Below the pieces are notes generated by a model. It ran no database searches, was not told the DNA's origin, and saw nothing but the letters and a program-made list of their open reading frames with translations. 64,000 bases of DNA from a virus: the IMG/VR virus record IMGVR_UViG_3300031963_000066, positions 1 to 64,000 of that record; one strand, 5' to 3'. Shown here in pieces: positions 15,697 to 25,924 of the stretch. Every line of letters begins with the position of its first letter. Position 1 is the first letter of the stretch. The position numbers were made by a program, and so were the translations under genes.

Positions 15697-16238
15697 TCCT
15701 CAATAAATTTTTCAAGCCCTTTTGGTTTCTTTGCCGCATCTTTTTCGGCTTTCTTTGTTTTTCTGGCTACTTCATATGTCTCAATGAATTCGGCAATGTT
15801 ATCATAGAGTTCAAATTGTTTACTTGAACCATCTTCACTCTCTAACATCTCAAATTCATCCAGTATACCATACATCTCTGTGGCCTTGTACTTCACATAC
15901 AGTTGTTTCTTTTCTTTCTGTATTCGTCTTAGGAATGCAAAGTAGATTACTTGTGTGAAGTATGCAAATGGATTCTTAGACTTGTCTGGATCAAAGTTCT
16001 CAAAGTACATCAAACAGTTTTCAATACCATCGGAAATCATTTCATCACGGTAAGTGTAATTGATAAAGTTTGGTTTGTGTGATAGACCTTCGGCAATCTT
16101 CATAAAGCATTCACCAATGTAATTTGGAATGTTTGGTTTAGGTTTGCCAGCCTTTTCGGCTTCTACGCATCGTGTTTTGTAATCAACCAATGCCGTTAGG
16201 AAATCTTGATTGTTTATATAATGTTTCTGTTTACTCAT
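15693..16238 (-). CDS. 55: late-transcription sigma factor gp55
   Basis: HYINN, IGECFMKIAEGLS, NPFAYFTQ..AFLRRIQKEKK. Confidence 0.97.
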   Translation of the reverse strand: MSKQKHYINNQDFLTALVDYKTRCVEAEKAGKPKPNIPNYIGECFMKIAEGLSHKPNFINYTYRDEMISDGIENCLMYFENFDPDKSKNPFAYFTQVIYFAFLRRIQKEKKQLYVKYKATEMYGILDEFEMLESEDGSSKQFELYDNIAEFIETYEVARKTKKAEKDAAKKPKGLEKFIEE

Positions 16239-16345
16239 TCAAATGTACCATAAAAAGTTGTTGACAAAGGGCTTGACATGTGTTAAAGTCCACGGTGTAG
16301 CCCGGATGATGATATTAATATATTAATTTATTAGGTATTAGGTTA

Positions 16346-16699
16346 TTAATGTATTAAGGAATTCTTCCTTGATTCCTTTTCTTCAAAAGCGGAAAGTACC
16401 TCATCAGTAAGAGCTACCTCCTTTTCTTTCTTAGTCGCTTCGGTAAATTTAATTACCGTATTCAGATAATATTCTTCAAAGTCCTCAGTAGGATCCATTG
16501 CACATAGGATATTATCCGCATCTATTTCTACCGTATTTTCTTTAATGACAGACATAGGTAACCAACATTGCAACATCAAATTGGTGCCACGAATTTCAAA
16601 TAACATAGGATCGGTAATCTCTATTGTGTCATTTACCGTGTATTCGCAATTACAAATTACATCTAGACCGTCTTTAAATCTTACTATTTTAATGGCCAT
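16346..16699 (-). CDS. conserved hypothetical protein
   Basis: ORF between uvsW and gp55. Confidence 0.7.
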   Translation of the reverse strand: MAIKIVRFKDGLDVICNCEYTVNDTIEITDPMLFEIRGTNLMLQCWLPMSVIKENTVEIDADNILCAMDPTEDFEEYYLNTVIKFTEATKKEKEVALTDEVLSAFEEKESRKNSLIH

Positions 16700-18176
16700 T
16701 TTTAAGTCCTATATTGTAAATTTTAAAAGTAAACTTCTCCTCATTATATATCTTTACTCTTTCGATGAAGTGTTGTAATGTGAAGTTTGTGTGTTTTTTG
16801 ATTCTTAAATCATCTGATATATCATAGAGTGTGGCCATTTCTTTACCTTCATTCTGTCGTAAACCTCTACCAATTGATTGTAAATTTCTAACCCTTGATT
16901 TACTTGGGCTCGCAAATATGATGTTGTGTAGATTTCTAATGTTTGTACCAGTAGAGAATGTTCCAAAACTGGCCACGGTGATTGCATCGTTTTCTATTTC
17001 CATAATTTTCCTAACTTGTTCTCTCACCTCAGTGTCCACATCACCGTCAATAAAATAAACACTGCGACCATTTGCCTTCTCTTTAATCATTTCGTATAAT
17101 GCACGACCATGTTTTTTCATTTGAAACAAAACCAATGTGTTTTTCTCCAAACTGATTGCCAAATTACGAATGAAACGATTTCTGTTTTCAGACTCAATCA
17201 AATATTTCAACTCATCTGGATATGATGCATCTTTCATTTCCTTACATATCTCATCGGAATGTTTCAGTATCAAACACTTTATGTTGAATGCTGATAATTG
17301 TTTCTTGTCAATCAATTCTTTGGTTGATATAACTTTTTTGGTTGGACCAAACAAACCTTCTAGTACCAGTTTGTGTGTTTTGGTGCCGTCTAGTGTACCA
17401 GTCAAACCAATTCTATACTTTGCATTGACACAAGATGTTAGTATTGATGTTAAAGATTGTGCCTTGAACAGGTGTGCCTCATCACCAATCACATATTGAA
17501 ATTGATGAAAATAATCTGGCGGTAACTTATACAGTGATTGCCATGTGGAGATTGTTAGATTCTTGTCCGTCATCTTATCTTTACCTTGATAGATTCGATG
17601 TACATTTTCTTCCACATTAAAACCATTCTCTGTCGAATAGTCTGCAAAATCGGAATATAACTGTTCAACCAAAGTTGTTGTTGGAACAATGATTAAACCT
17701 TTTAACTGTTGATACTGCAACAATTGTCTGAATAACAAATATATGATAAGAGATTTACCTGATGCGGTTGGAGATAATAACAAGGCTCTCCGTTTTTGCA
17801 TGGCCTCAATAAATGCATTTTGTTGGTGTTCTCTGACACCAATTTGTTTTCTTTGTGAATGTAGATTCAGTGTGTCAAAGAATTTCTGTGCATGATAGAC
17901 AGAATATTCATCTTCAATAATGTCATTTGAGTATGTATATTCCCGTTCATCACAAAACTCTTTAAGATATGGAATCAATCCAAGATATAGTTGAGAGGTC
18001 TGTAGATTGAATAGTCGAATCTTACCGTCCCATATGCGATTCCGATAGGCTGGAACGAACTGATAACCAGGTACAAAGAATGTGAAGTACTCAGATAACT
18101 CCTTTGCAACATGCTTCTCACAGGTCACTTTGGCGTATACTTCATCTTTCTTTGTGATTGTTAAATGTTCAACCAT
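16689..18176 (-). CDS. uvsW: RNA-DNA/DNA helicase UvsW
   Basis: WDGKIRLF, PTASGKS, DEAH, QSIGRGLR. Confidence 0.96.
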   Translation of the reverse strand: MVEHLTITKKDEVYAKVTCEKHVAKELSEYFTFFVPGYQFVPAYRNRIWDGKIRLFNLQTSQLYLGLIPYLKEFCDEREYTYSNDIIEDEYSVYHAQKFFDTLNLHSQRKQIGVREHQQNAFIEAMQKRRALLLSPTASGKSLIIYLLFRQLLQYQQLKGLIIVPTTTLVEQLYSDFADYSTENGFNVEENVHRIYQGKDKMTDKNLTISTWQSLYKLPPDYFHQFQYVIGDEAHLFKAQSLTSILTSCVNAKYRIGLTGTLDGTKTHKLVLEGLFGPTKKVISTKELIDKKQLSAFNIKCLILKHSDEICKEMKDASYPDELKYLIESENRNRFIRNLAISLEKNTLVLFQMKKHGRALYEMIKEKANGRSVYFIDGDVDTEVREQVRKIMEIENDAITVASFGTFSTGTNIRNLHNIIFASPSKSRVRNLQSIGRGLRQNEGKEMATLYDISDDLRIKKHTNFTLQHFIERVKIYNEEKFTFKIYNIGLKNGH

Positions 18177-18339
18177 AATTATATCTTAAGGCATAGTATA
18201 AAGCCATACACGCAAAATAAAAGACCACAAAATACAAAGCCTTTGTTCTCCACATGGTTGCGGCAAAAAACATACCTATCATAAAAGAAAATAGGTTTAA
18301 TGTATCTATTGATATTGATAATAGATTACTGTCCGCCAA
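18169..18339 (-). CDS. small hydrophobic (two-TM) protein, 56 aa
   Basis: TTG start after GGGAG; fills the uvsY-uvsW gap and overlaps both genes; two hydrophobic stretches. Confidence 0.5.
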   Translation of the reverse strand: MADSNLLSISIDTLNLFSFMIGMFFAATMWRTKALYFVVFYFACMALYYALRYNYG

Positions 18340-18760
18340 CGAATTTCTCCCATGATATAAAGTCTCGCAGTTGCCATGTTCTTTGTTTCAATTCGGCCAT
18401 AATAGATTCAATAACTGAAACGACTTCCTCATGGTAGACCTTTTTCTCCAATAATTTAATAAGGTCTTTGTCTGCTTCCAAATAGGTGTTAATATCAGAC
18501 TTCAATGCAAACTGGAATGGTTCCCAACCATATTCATTCAATTCATCTTGTGACATTTTACCTGTAAAGTATTCCCATTTTACCTTACGCATACGCAGGT
18601 AATCAAAGTGGGCTTTCTTTGATGCGATTTTGTGTTTGGTGAGGATACCAAGATACTTACTGTGATATACAGGTATCTTTAATAATTCTCTGCTGGGTTC
18701 GGTCTGGTCTATAACTGCATCCGATTCCCACATTTTTAGTATTTGCTCAAGTGTTTCCAT
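18326..18760 (-). CDS. uvsY: recombination mediator UvsY
   Basis: IPVYHSKY, LKSDINTYLEAD, RTWQLRDFISWEKF; synteny with uvsW. Confidence 0.92.
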   Translation of the reverse strand: METLEQILKMWESDAVIDQTEPSRELLKIPVYHSKYLGILTKHKIASKKAHFDYLRMRKVKWEYFTGKMSQDELNEYGWEPFQFALKSDINTYLEADKDLIKLLEKKVYHEEVVSVIESIMAELKQRTWQLRDFISWEKFVGGQ

Positions 18761-18788
18761 AGTTATTCATAATTGCCATAATCAAAAC

Positions 18789-18817
18789 ATTATATCACAA
18801 AAGTATTAAACTGTCAA
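18789..18817 (-). promoter_or_regulatory. sigma70 consensus promoter for uvsY operon
   Basis: TTGACA-17-TATAAT. Confidence 0.85.
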
Positions 18818-19318
18818 GTATTTGTATGATTGATATCTAAATGTTGCCGATGCGGTTATTATTGTATCTGCTGATTGTGTAGTATCAAATCTAAGTGCGC
18901 TAATAGTTAAAGGAAACACATTTGTGAATTGTATTCTTAAAATAGGATTGTTTAATCCACTCAGTATACTTAATGTTGCATCGGAAAAATTTTTATTGTC
19001 TTGTAGTTCTTTACTACCATCACGCTTTTCAAAACCATCAGGATCAGCAATGGAAGTGAACCAATCGTATATGTTTTTCCATGACTGTAGTTCTTCATCT
19101 ATTATAAATTCTATGTCCAATGGTTCATAGGTCAGTTTGGTGCCTGGTGAAAACATGTCCAAAAACGGAGTAGGTTTCATAACTTCACCCAAAGAAACAC
19201 CTGGTAGATTAACCTGTTGGCAAAAATATTGTGTGGCCCTAATTCTATCGAATGTCAATAAGAATTTGGTGGGTTGAAGTAAATCGGTATTTTCTGGTGT
19301 TCTGGTTATTGCAGACAT
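18806..19318 (-). CDS. 3: tail completion/sheath stabiliser gp3
   Basis: FCQQVNLPG, PGTKLTYEPL..DEEL, FPLTISALRFD; follows gp23. Confidence 0.85.
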   Translation of the reverse strand: MSAITRTPENTDLLQPTKFLLTFDRIRATQYFCQQVNLPGVSLGEVMKPTPFLDMFSPGTKLTYEPLDIEFIIDEELQSWKNIYDWFTSIADPDGFEKRDGSKELQDNKNFSDATLSILSGLNNPILRIQFTNVFPLTISALRFDTTQSADTIITASATFRYQSYKYLTV

Positions 19319-19348
19319 ATTATCTCCTCTATGTACTATTTAGGAGTC

Positions 19349-19376
19349 AAAAAAAAGGGACCCGAAGGTCCCTTTT
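19349..19376 (-). terminator. intrinsic terminator after gp23
   Basis: AAAAGGGACC-TTCG-GGTCCC-T8. Confidence 0.92.
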
Positions 19377-19415
19377 AAATGTCACTCTTAACGGTGACTC
19401 TTCCCATCCCTGGGA

Positions 19416-20765
19416 TTACATCAAGTTGCGAACTTGGAAAATACGGTAGTACACGTTTGAACGAGCGTTCAATGCACCGTTGCCAGTGGTCAAACCAGTT
19501 GCGAATGGGTTTGCAACCATGCCGTAACGAGTCTTGAAACCAATCTTTGGTTGGAATGTGTACTGGTCAACTGCACGAACCATTTGTAGAGGAACGTATG
19601 GGCAGTAGAATAGACCAGCGTCATAAGGAGAAGTACCCTTATAACCGATTGTTACCAATTCTTGGTTAGATGTGTAACCACCGAAGTATGGGTCGATGTA
19701 GACCTTGATACGACCGTGCAACATACCAGCAAATGTGTTACCAGTGTCATCAACTTGTAGGTCAGCAGACAAAGCAGGTGTGTATTGCAACACGCCAGCC
19801 ATTGCCATAGCAGAAGCAACGTCAGATGATACGATCATCACGTTACCTTTACCACGACGAGTTTGCTTAGCAATTACGTTTGCATCACGTTCGATTTGGA
19901 AAATCAAACCTTTGAAACGTTCAACAGACCAACGACCGTTAGAGTCAGTGTCCAAGTCGAAAGAACCAGCAGTTGTAGTACCATACTGAGCACCTGCAAC
20001 AGCGCATGTATAGATTGTACGGATAACTTCACGGTTGATTTCAGCAAGAATCTCAGTAGAAAGAATGTTTGACAATTCTGTTTCAGCATCCAAACCATGG
20101 ATTGCCTTCAAGTCTTGTGCAAGTTCTAGTGAGTATTCAGCTTTCAACGCACGGCTTTGAGCAGTAACAGTAACTTTCTCAATTGAGAATGCCATTTGTT
20201 GGAATGTGCTGTCTGTGTCAGCACCCAATGCTTCTGCTGTAGCAGTAGACATACCAATACCACTTGTAACAGCGTTAGCAGTTGCAAAGTTTGTGAATGG
20301 ATTTGCATCGGTATCTTTAGAGGTATTACCACGGAAACCGTATAGGTTGTTTTCAGAACCAACACCAGAGAACTTGGTGTTTGCTTCGCCATAGAATGCT
20401 TCGTTAGCGTTAGCAGTTGCACCAGATTGTGCATTGTAACGAGCACGCATTGCAAAGATCAAGCCTGTTGGGCCTGTCATTGGCTGAACGCCTGCAATGT
20501 CATAAGCAATCATGTTAGGCAATGCACGGCGAACCAAACTAATCAAGATTGGATCGTAGTTAGAAATGCCAGAACCTGTAACGTTTGTTGGAGCAGCAGA
20601 AACTGCTGTTTCGTTCAACTGCTGGCTAGCAGTCATCATTTCACGTTGTTGGTTTTCCAAAACAAGTGCTGTAACAGCTTTCTTGTATGGGTCTTTGATG
20701 GACTCTAGGCCTTCGTGCTCAAGCACTGGTGCCCATTTTTTTTGTAGTTCTTCTGTTAGATACAT
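19416..20765 (-). CDS. 23: major capsid protein gp23
   Basis: GVQPMTGPTGLIFAMR, SRALKAEYSLELAQDLKAIHGLDAE, FQPKIGFKTRYG. Confidence 0.99.
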   Translation of the reverse strand: MYLTEELQKKWAPVLEHEGLESIKDPYKKAVTALVLENQQREMMTASQQLNETAVSAAPTNVTGSGISNYDPILISLVRRALPNMIAYDIAGVQPMTGPTGLIFAMRARYNAQSGATANANEAFYGEANTKFSGVGSENNLYGFRGNTSKDTDANPFTNFATANAVTSGIGMSTATAEALGADTDSTFQQMAFSIEKVTVTAQSRALKAEYSLELAQDLKAIHGLDAETELSNILSTEILAEINREVIRTIYTCAVAGAQYGTTTAGSFDLDTDSNGRWSVERFKGLIFQIERDANVIAKQTRRGKGNVMIVSSDVASAMAMAGVLQYTPALSADLQVDDTGNTFAGMLHGRIKVYIDPYFGGYTSNQELVTIGYKGTSPYDAGLFYCPYVPLQMVRAVDQYTFQPKIGFKTRYGMVANPFATGLTTGNGALNARSNVYYRIFQVRNLM

Positions 20766-20807
20766 TTAGTATTCTCCTTGTAAGTATCTTTTAATGGTAA
20801 AGTTTAT

Positions 20808-22067
20808 TTATTTTACCAACGATTTTGAGATTGTTTGTGCGTACTGTGCAATAGCAGGATCAACAGATGCTGTTGGCTTCTTGTCTTCCTCGATTTCTAC
20901 TGCTTCGTGTAATGCAGAACTTTCAATCGCTTTTACTGGAGTTTGGAAGTATGAATCTACCAATGTTTCCAATTTACGACCAAATTCTTCTTCTGTGGTA
21001 AAGTCAACACTCTCTGCGAGTGATTTCAATTTTTCCACTTGGGTCTGCGTTAGGCCTTCACATACTGCATGTATAGCCTCTGTTTTTTTGTATTCGTTAA
21101 TTTGTTTCTTCATTTCAACGGCAGTTCTAATTTGCTCGTTTAGTGAGTCTTCCAATTCTTCAACTTTGTCGGTCAATTCTTCGACAACATTTACTTTTTC
21201 TTCTGGAATATCAATGTAGTGATCTTCGAACAAGGTCTTCATACCACGGATGAAATCTTCAACGATTTCTGCACGAAGGCCTTTTTCGATTGCCAATTGA
21301 TTTTCTTTGAACCATTCTTCAGCCATGTAGTTGATGTAGTCATCTAATTTCTTAGACAAATCTTCTTTGATTTCTTCAACTGAAGCTTCGAATTCTTCGT
21401 ACATTGCTTCTTCAACATCTTCCATAATGGCTTGTGAACGAGCAATAACGGCTGCTTCGAAAATTGTGGTTGCTTTTGTTTTGAATTCTTCGGTCAATTC
21501 TTCACCTGAAAGCAATGCACCAACATCTTGGTCCATTTGTTCTTTCATTTTTTGTTTCTTCATCATAGACTTAATCATTGCTTTGTCTTCGGCTGCATCT
21601 TCATGGCCTTCTTTTTCTTCAGCAACTACTTCTTCTTCTGTTTCCACTTCTTCTGGAACATAAGGTGCGGTTGCGCCAGGATTGGAATGCATTGTTTGTG
21701 TTGCCAACTTAGCCTTGATTCTGTCACGAATGGCAGAATAGTCTGTTGCAGCTGCTTGAACAGCTTTGTGTTCAGAACCTTGTGAGTCAGCTGGACCTGT
21801 CAACTTGCCGCCTGGTTGTGAACCAATTGGTGGTGTTGCGCCAGGAGGTGTTGCTGTTGGAACACCTTTGGTGTAATCACCAGTTTCGTCATCTTGTTTC
21901 TTGATTTCACCAGCAACTTCACCAGCATCTTTCATGCCATAGGCAACAGATGTAGGTAGTTTAGATGGACCGTCTTTGTGACCACTACGCACAGAGGCTT
22001 CAAGATTTTCTTTTGCACCTTCTGTTAGAATAGCTTTAGCGGCGTCTGTCAGATTAAATTTTCCCAT
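20808..22067 (-). CDS. 22: prohead core scaffold gp22
   Basis: Acidic coiled coil with FKTKATTIFEAAV; sits between gp21 and gp23. Confidence 0.93.
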   Translation of the reverse strand: MGKFNLTDAAKAILTEGAKENLEASVRSGHKDGPSKLPTSVAYGMKDAGEVAGEIKKQDDETGDYTKGVPTATPPGATPPIGSQPGGKLTGPADSQGSEHKAVQAAATDYSAIRDRIKAKLATQTMHSNPGATAPYVPEEVETEEEVVAEEKEGHEDAAEDKAMIKSMMKKQKMKEQMDQDVGALLSGEELTEEFKTKATTIFEAAVIARSQAIMEDVEEAMYEEFEASVEEIKEDLSKKLDDYINYMAEEWFKENQLAIEKGLRAEIVEDFIRGMKTLFEDHYIDIPEEKVNVVEELTDKVEELEDSLNEQIRTAVEMKKQINEYKKTEAIHAVCEGLTQTQVEKLKSLAESVDFTTEEEFGRKLETLVDSYFQTPVKAIESSALHEAVEIEEDKKPTASVDPAIAQYAQTISKSLVK

Positions 22068-22096
22068 TTTGAGAATCTCCTTGATTTTATATTGGA

Positions 22097-22104
22097 TATT
22101 TATA
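22097..22104 (-). promoter_or_regulatory. T4 late promoter
   Basis: TATAAATA upstream of gp22. Confidence 0.85.
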
Positions 22105-22105
22105 A

Positions 22106-22750
22106 TTAAAGTTTTTTGATGAAGTTTTCGAATATTTTTAAACTTACTTGTTCAATTTCTTTACGAGAAGCTTGTTTGATTTCTCTCTTAGCTTGTTCGT
22201 ATTGAACTTCAGTCCATATTCCACCCACCATCATCCACTCTTTACCTTCCATAATACCTTGCACAAAAGCACCAGGCGCAGAAGGGTCTGCTACAATATC
22301 TGCCGCTGTGGCCAGATGAAAGTCATCTTGAACTATGTTAACACCATTGACAGCTTTAAGAGAACCCATACCACGGGAAGAAACACCTAGTTGTCCTCCA
22401 CCCTCGATAAGATTTCTCGCAATGTTGCCCATTGGCGTTTCAAGAATTTTAGCTTTGCCTATCCAATCAGTTCCTTCTTGGCGCAGACCCACAATAATGT
22501 GAGACACACGGTCAAGATTGATAGATGGGGTGTCTGGATGACCCAGTTCACCAAAGGCACGATTTTTTTCTACAGATTCGGTCACATAACGGCCAACTTC
22601 TTTACGCATGGTTTCTTCTTTATACATGCGACCGTTTTTGTTAACTCTTTCAGAAACTAGAAATGGACCTTCAATGAAAAGAGTTCTCTTTCCATCTTTT
22701 TCTTCCACCAAATAGTTTACTGATTCGGTAATTTCTTTAATAAGTTTCAT
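22106..22750 (-). CDS. 21: prohead protease gp21
   Basis: AFGELGHP, GVSSRGMGS, DIVADPSAP. Confidence 0.97.
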   Translation of the reverse strand: MKLIKEITESVNYLVEEKDGKRTLFIEGPFLVSERVNKNGRMYKEETMRKEVGRYVTESVEKNRAFGELGHPDTPSINLDRVSHIIVGLRQEGTDWIGKAKILETPMGNIARNLIEGGGQLGVSSRGMGSLKAVNGVNIVQDDFHLATAADIVADPSAPGAFVQGIMEGKEWMMVGGIWTEVQYEQAKREIKQASRKEIEQVSLKIFENFIKKL

Positions 22751-22758
22751 TTTGGTCC

Positions 22759-23310
22759 TTATGGTTTCATGCCGTAACTACCATAATTAAAGGCAGCAGG
22801 ATCGGTAAACTGTCCACGCTCATAGTGTGCGTTGTCTTTACGCAATTCCATAATGATTGTATAACCTGAGTTTGCTACTTGACCTCTTGTGCAAATTGCA
22901 ATATCTCCGTTGTTCCATGTTGTGGCTGTATTAGATACAGTTGGATTTTTAATAGTAATCCAGTTACCGGCACCATCATATTCACCACTACCTTGCATGA
23001 ATATAATTGGTACACCAGAATTAGCTAAATCACTTCTACTGTTTGCCCAATATAATTGTACATCACTGCTGCCACTATCTGAATCATACCATATACGGTG
23101 TATTGTCAAACCATAATAGTACAATGGTCCTGTGTTTGCAGTTGATGACAATAGATTTGCTCTTGAGTAATCTAAAGCACCATATAAAGTGTTTGCTTGG
23201 ATTCTGGCCACATTGTTTTCTTGACCTGTACCATCAAATTCACCAGTAAGTTTGATGACTGCATGTTGCGTATCATCTTTTAATACTTGATATGAAAATT
23301 TGTTTGCCAT
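22759..23310 (-). CDS. hypothetical virion protein
   Basis: ORF in the head module preceded by a late promoter. Confidence 0.7.
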   Translation of the reverse strand: MANKFSYQVLKDDTQHAVIKLTGEFDGTGQENNVARIQANTLYGALDYSRANLLSSTANTGPLYYYGLTIHRIWYDSDSGSSDVQLYWANSRSDLANSGVPIIFMQGSGEYDGAGNWITIKNPTVSNTATTWNNGDIAICTRGQVANSGYTIIMELRKDNAHYERGQFTDPAAFNYGSYGMKP

Positions 23311-23337
23311 TTGTAATCCCTGTTATTGTTTGAATAA

Positions 23338-23345
23338 TATTTATA
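23338..23345 (-). promoter_or_regulatory. T4 late promoter
   Basis: TATAAATA. Confidence 0.8.
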
Positions 23346-23359
23346 CCAATATGACAAAA

Positions 23360-23551
23360 TTAAGCTGATGCTTGAATCGCTTCATCTTCAACAGCTGCTT
23401 CTGGTGGATTCATTATGTTTTGTGCAACCACTTGTTTGTGTGCTTCGATATGTGCCATCACTCTGTCTTGTAATGCAGAATACAAAGCATCACGCATTTC
23501 TTTTGCGCTGTCGTTTTCTGCATAGTCTAATATTTCTCTTGCTGTTGCCAT
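23360..23551 (-). CDS. small prohead core protein (gp67-like by position)
   Basis: Small acidic ORF right after the portal; AGGAG RBS. Confidence 0.6.
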   Translation of the reverse strand: MATAREILDYAENDSAKEMRDALYSALQDRVMAHIEAHKQVVAQNIMNPPEAAVEDEAIQASA

Positions 23552-23564
23552 GTTTATCTCCTAA

Positions 23565-25295
23565 TTATAATATACGCTTTAATCTAGTGAAGGTGGTATC
23601 TTCTAAACTCAAATCACCTTTAACTGGCTTTGAACCACTAGAACTCTTTGCTTTTGAATCTCCTGATGATGAACCACCAGAACTTCCACCAGCTTGACCT
23701 TGGTCAGGCATTAATTGTGCCTGTTGTACCATCTGGTCAGTTTGAACTTGGCCAAGCATTTGTTGTTGTGCAACATCATTAGTTACTGCAACAGGTAAAC
23801 CAAGACCCATATCTTTTTCTTTGTCAATTTGTTTTTGCATTCCATCAATCTCATCATCTGTTAGGCGCAATACATTTTGTTGAATCCACTTCTGAGAGAA
23901 ATAACGGCCTGTGTATGGATCAACCGCAGCCAACAAAGACAATCTTTGATTAATTAATTCTGCTTCTTTTAATTCGGCAAAATTATTATCTCTAATAAAA
24001 TTATAGTGAATGTTTTCTTTGAACAAGTTCCATTCTTCATTGGTACAAATACCTTTTAGTACACACTGTACACGAAGAGCTTGGTCAAAAACATCCGAAA
24101 ATTTGTTGCGTAGCCTATCAACAAACTTAGAAAACTTTAATTCATCTCTGGTAATCTCTGATGTACGACCAAGAGAGAAACTTTGATTCGGTTCCAATCT
24201 AGAAACTGGCACACACAATGCACCATACAATTTCTTTTGGAAGTACTTAACATCTTCCAACTCACCTAGGTTTTGACCACCAGGTAATGTGGTGATCTCT
24301 GTACCTTTACCACCTTCACGGCGAGGTAACCAGAAATCTTCCATCATTGACATAAACTTACGGTCATCACGGACTTCACCTGTGTTTGCATCATAGACAA
24401 GTTTGTTTTTATACTTGACCATAATGTCACGGAGGTATTGTTCTGCCTTTAACTTAGGAAGATTGCCAACGTCAATATAAAAGATACGGCGCTCAGGAGC
24501 CCGTGAAATACGATAGATAACAGTTGCATCTTCAATCATCCTTAGTTGATTCAAAGGTTTAATTGCCTTGTGTAGGTAGGACAATACAACTGCTCTGCGT
24601 GAATCCATAAGGCCAGAAACCACCGAGATGATTGAATCTGTTGTGATGCGTGTACCGACTGGTCCAAAGTTTGAGGCTGATCCTGAGACTACCTTGTCGT
24701 TGTAGATGTAGTACTCATTCACAGGTTTCATAATCTCCACACCTGTGCGTTCATCCTTTTGTTTCTTGATCTCACGGACTTTACGCAATCTACGTGGATC
24801 AATATATCTTAACTCTTTGATACCTTCTTGTGGATTCTCACGGTCAATAATTACGTGATAATACATTCTACCGTCAACATAGTAACGGCGGAAAATATCT
24901 TGAGCCATGTTTTGGTAATTGAACAAACGAAGAATGGTATTGAATTCTTCTCTGATGGCTTTTTTGATTTTATCTGGTTGTTTTAAATCGTCCAGAATAA
25001 TTTCAGTAATTTTACCATCATCATCTTGTACAATAGCTTCATTAACTATATCATCTATCGCAGATTCAATTTCTGGTTGCATTGCCATTTCACGGTAACG
25101 AGAAATAAGTTCTACCTCATTCTTTGCAGTACCGTCTAGGTCAACATATGTGCCGTAATAAGCGGCAGATGTAATAGTTAATGCGCCATCATCCGTAGCC
25201 GGAGGCGCAAAAGATTGTTGAACGACTTTTTCTTCCTCATCTTGTTGACGAGAAATTGTAAAACCGAACAGTGAAAATTTATTTGTATTTGCCAT
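23565..25295 (-). CDS. 20: portal protein gp20
   Basis: YRISRAPERRIFYIDVGNLP, EDFWLPRREGGKGTEITTLPGG. Confidence 0.99.
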   Translation of the reverse strand: MANTNKFSLFGFTISRQQDEEEKVVQQSFAPPATDDGALTITSAAYYGTYVDLDGTAKNEVELISRYREMAMQPEIESAIDDIVNEAIVQDDDGKITEIILDDLKQPDKIKKAIREEFNTILRLFNYQNMAQDIFRRYYVDGRMYYHVIIDRENPQEGIKELRYIDPRRLRKVREIKKQKDERTGVEIMKPVNEYYIYNDKVVSGSASNFGPVGTRITTDSIISVVSGLMDSRRAVVLSYLHKAIKPLNQLRMIEDATVIYRISRAPERRIFYIDVGNLPKLKAEQYLRDIMVKYKNKLVYDANTGEVRDDRKFMSMMEDFWLPRREGGKGTEITTLPGGQNLGELEDVKYFQKKLYGALCVPVSRLEPNQSFSLGRTSEITRDELKFSKFVDRLRNKFSDVFDQALRVQCVLKGICTNEEWNLFKENIHYNFIRDNNFAELKEAELINQRLSLLAAVDPYTGRYFSQKWIQQNVLRLTDDEIDGMQKQIDKEKDMGLGLPVAVTNDVAQQQMLGQVQTDQMVQQAQLMPDQGQAGGSSGGSSSGDSKAKSSSGSKPVKGDLSLEDTTFTRLKRIL

Positions 25296-25318
25296 ATTTT
25301 GTGTGTAATTATAAAATC

Positions 25319-25347
25319 AAAAAAACATGGAGGGCACAAGGCCCTCC
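25319..25347 (-). terminator. intrinsic terminator after gp19
   Basis: GGAGGGC-CTTGT-GCCCTCC-ATG-T7. Confidence 0.7.
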
Positions 25348-25354
25348 TCATATA

Positions 25355-25897
25355 TCAAGATGTTGTATTTGTTTCCCAGAATTGGTAAGCAAATGTACAA
25401 GTATATTCCTCAATTGCATCATTTGAACCCCAATCTAAATCAATTGGTGCCAAGTCGAGTGGGAACATACCAACAAAGTTGTATTTCTTTAGTTCGTTTC
25501 CAGTTTTGCCGTATTGTGTAACACTTGCATCTACAGAGTAACCTGTAGAAGATGCTGCAGCACCAGAACGAACATTGGTTGCGTGGCTGTTTATTGCGTT
25601 CATCCATGATTCTAAAGAATTTCGTATTGCGAAATCTTCATCGTTGATGATTGTCAATGTCCAGTCGGCGAAAGTTCTGTTTCCAGGAAACTTCATTTCA
25701 CGACCAAAGTAATAAACAGGTACTGTACCAATTGTTGAACCTGGTAACTGTGCAGCTTTGGCCATGAAATTAACTTTCTGACCTGCTAATGCACCGTTTT
25801 CGGCTAGTGTTGGAAAAACTAAAGAGACTGAGAACAGATTAGGACGGGCACCGTCACCAATCATGTTCGCTCTAAATTCTGCTACGTTGAATGCCAT
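25355..25897 (-). CDS. 19: tail tube protein gp19
   Basis: GARPNLF, GNRTFADWTLTIINDEDF. Confidence 0.96.
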   Translation of the reverse strand: MAFNVAEFRANMIGDGARPNLFSVSLVFPTLAENGALAGQKVNFMAKAAQLPGSTIGTVPVYYFGREMKFPGNRTFADWTLTIINDEDFAIRNSLESWMNAINSHATNVRSGAAASSTGYSVDASVTQYGKTGNELKKYNFVGMFPLDLAPIDLDWGSNDAIEEYTCTFAYQFWETNTTS

Positions 25898-25924
25898 TGT
25901 ATTCTCCTATTGTCGTTTTATTTA

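Noticed and set aside
19380-19415. Two small hairpins after the gp23 stop as a readthrough/frameshift signal
   Set aside because: TAA stop, no downstream ORF before the terminator; more likely 3' mRNA stabilisers.
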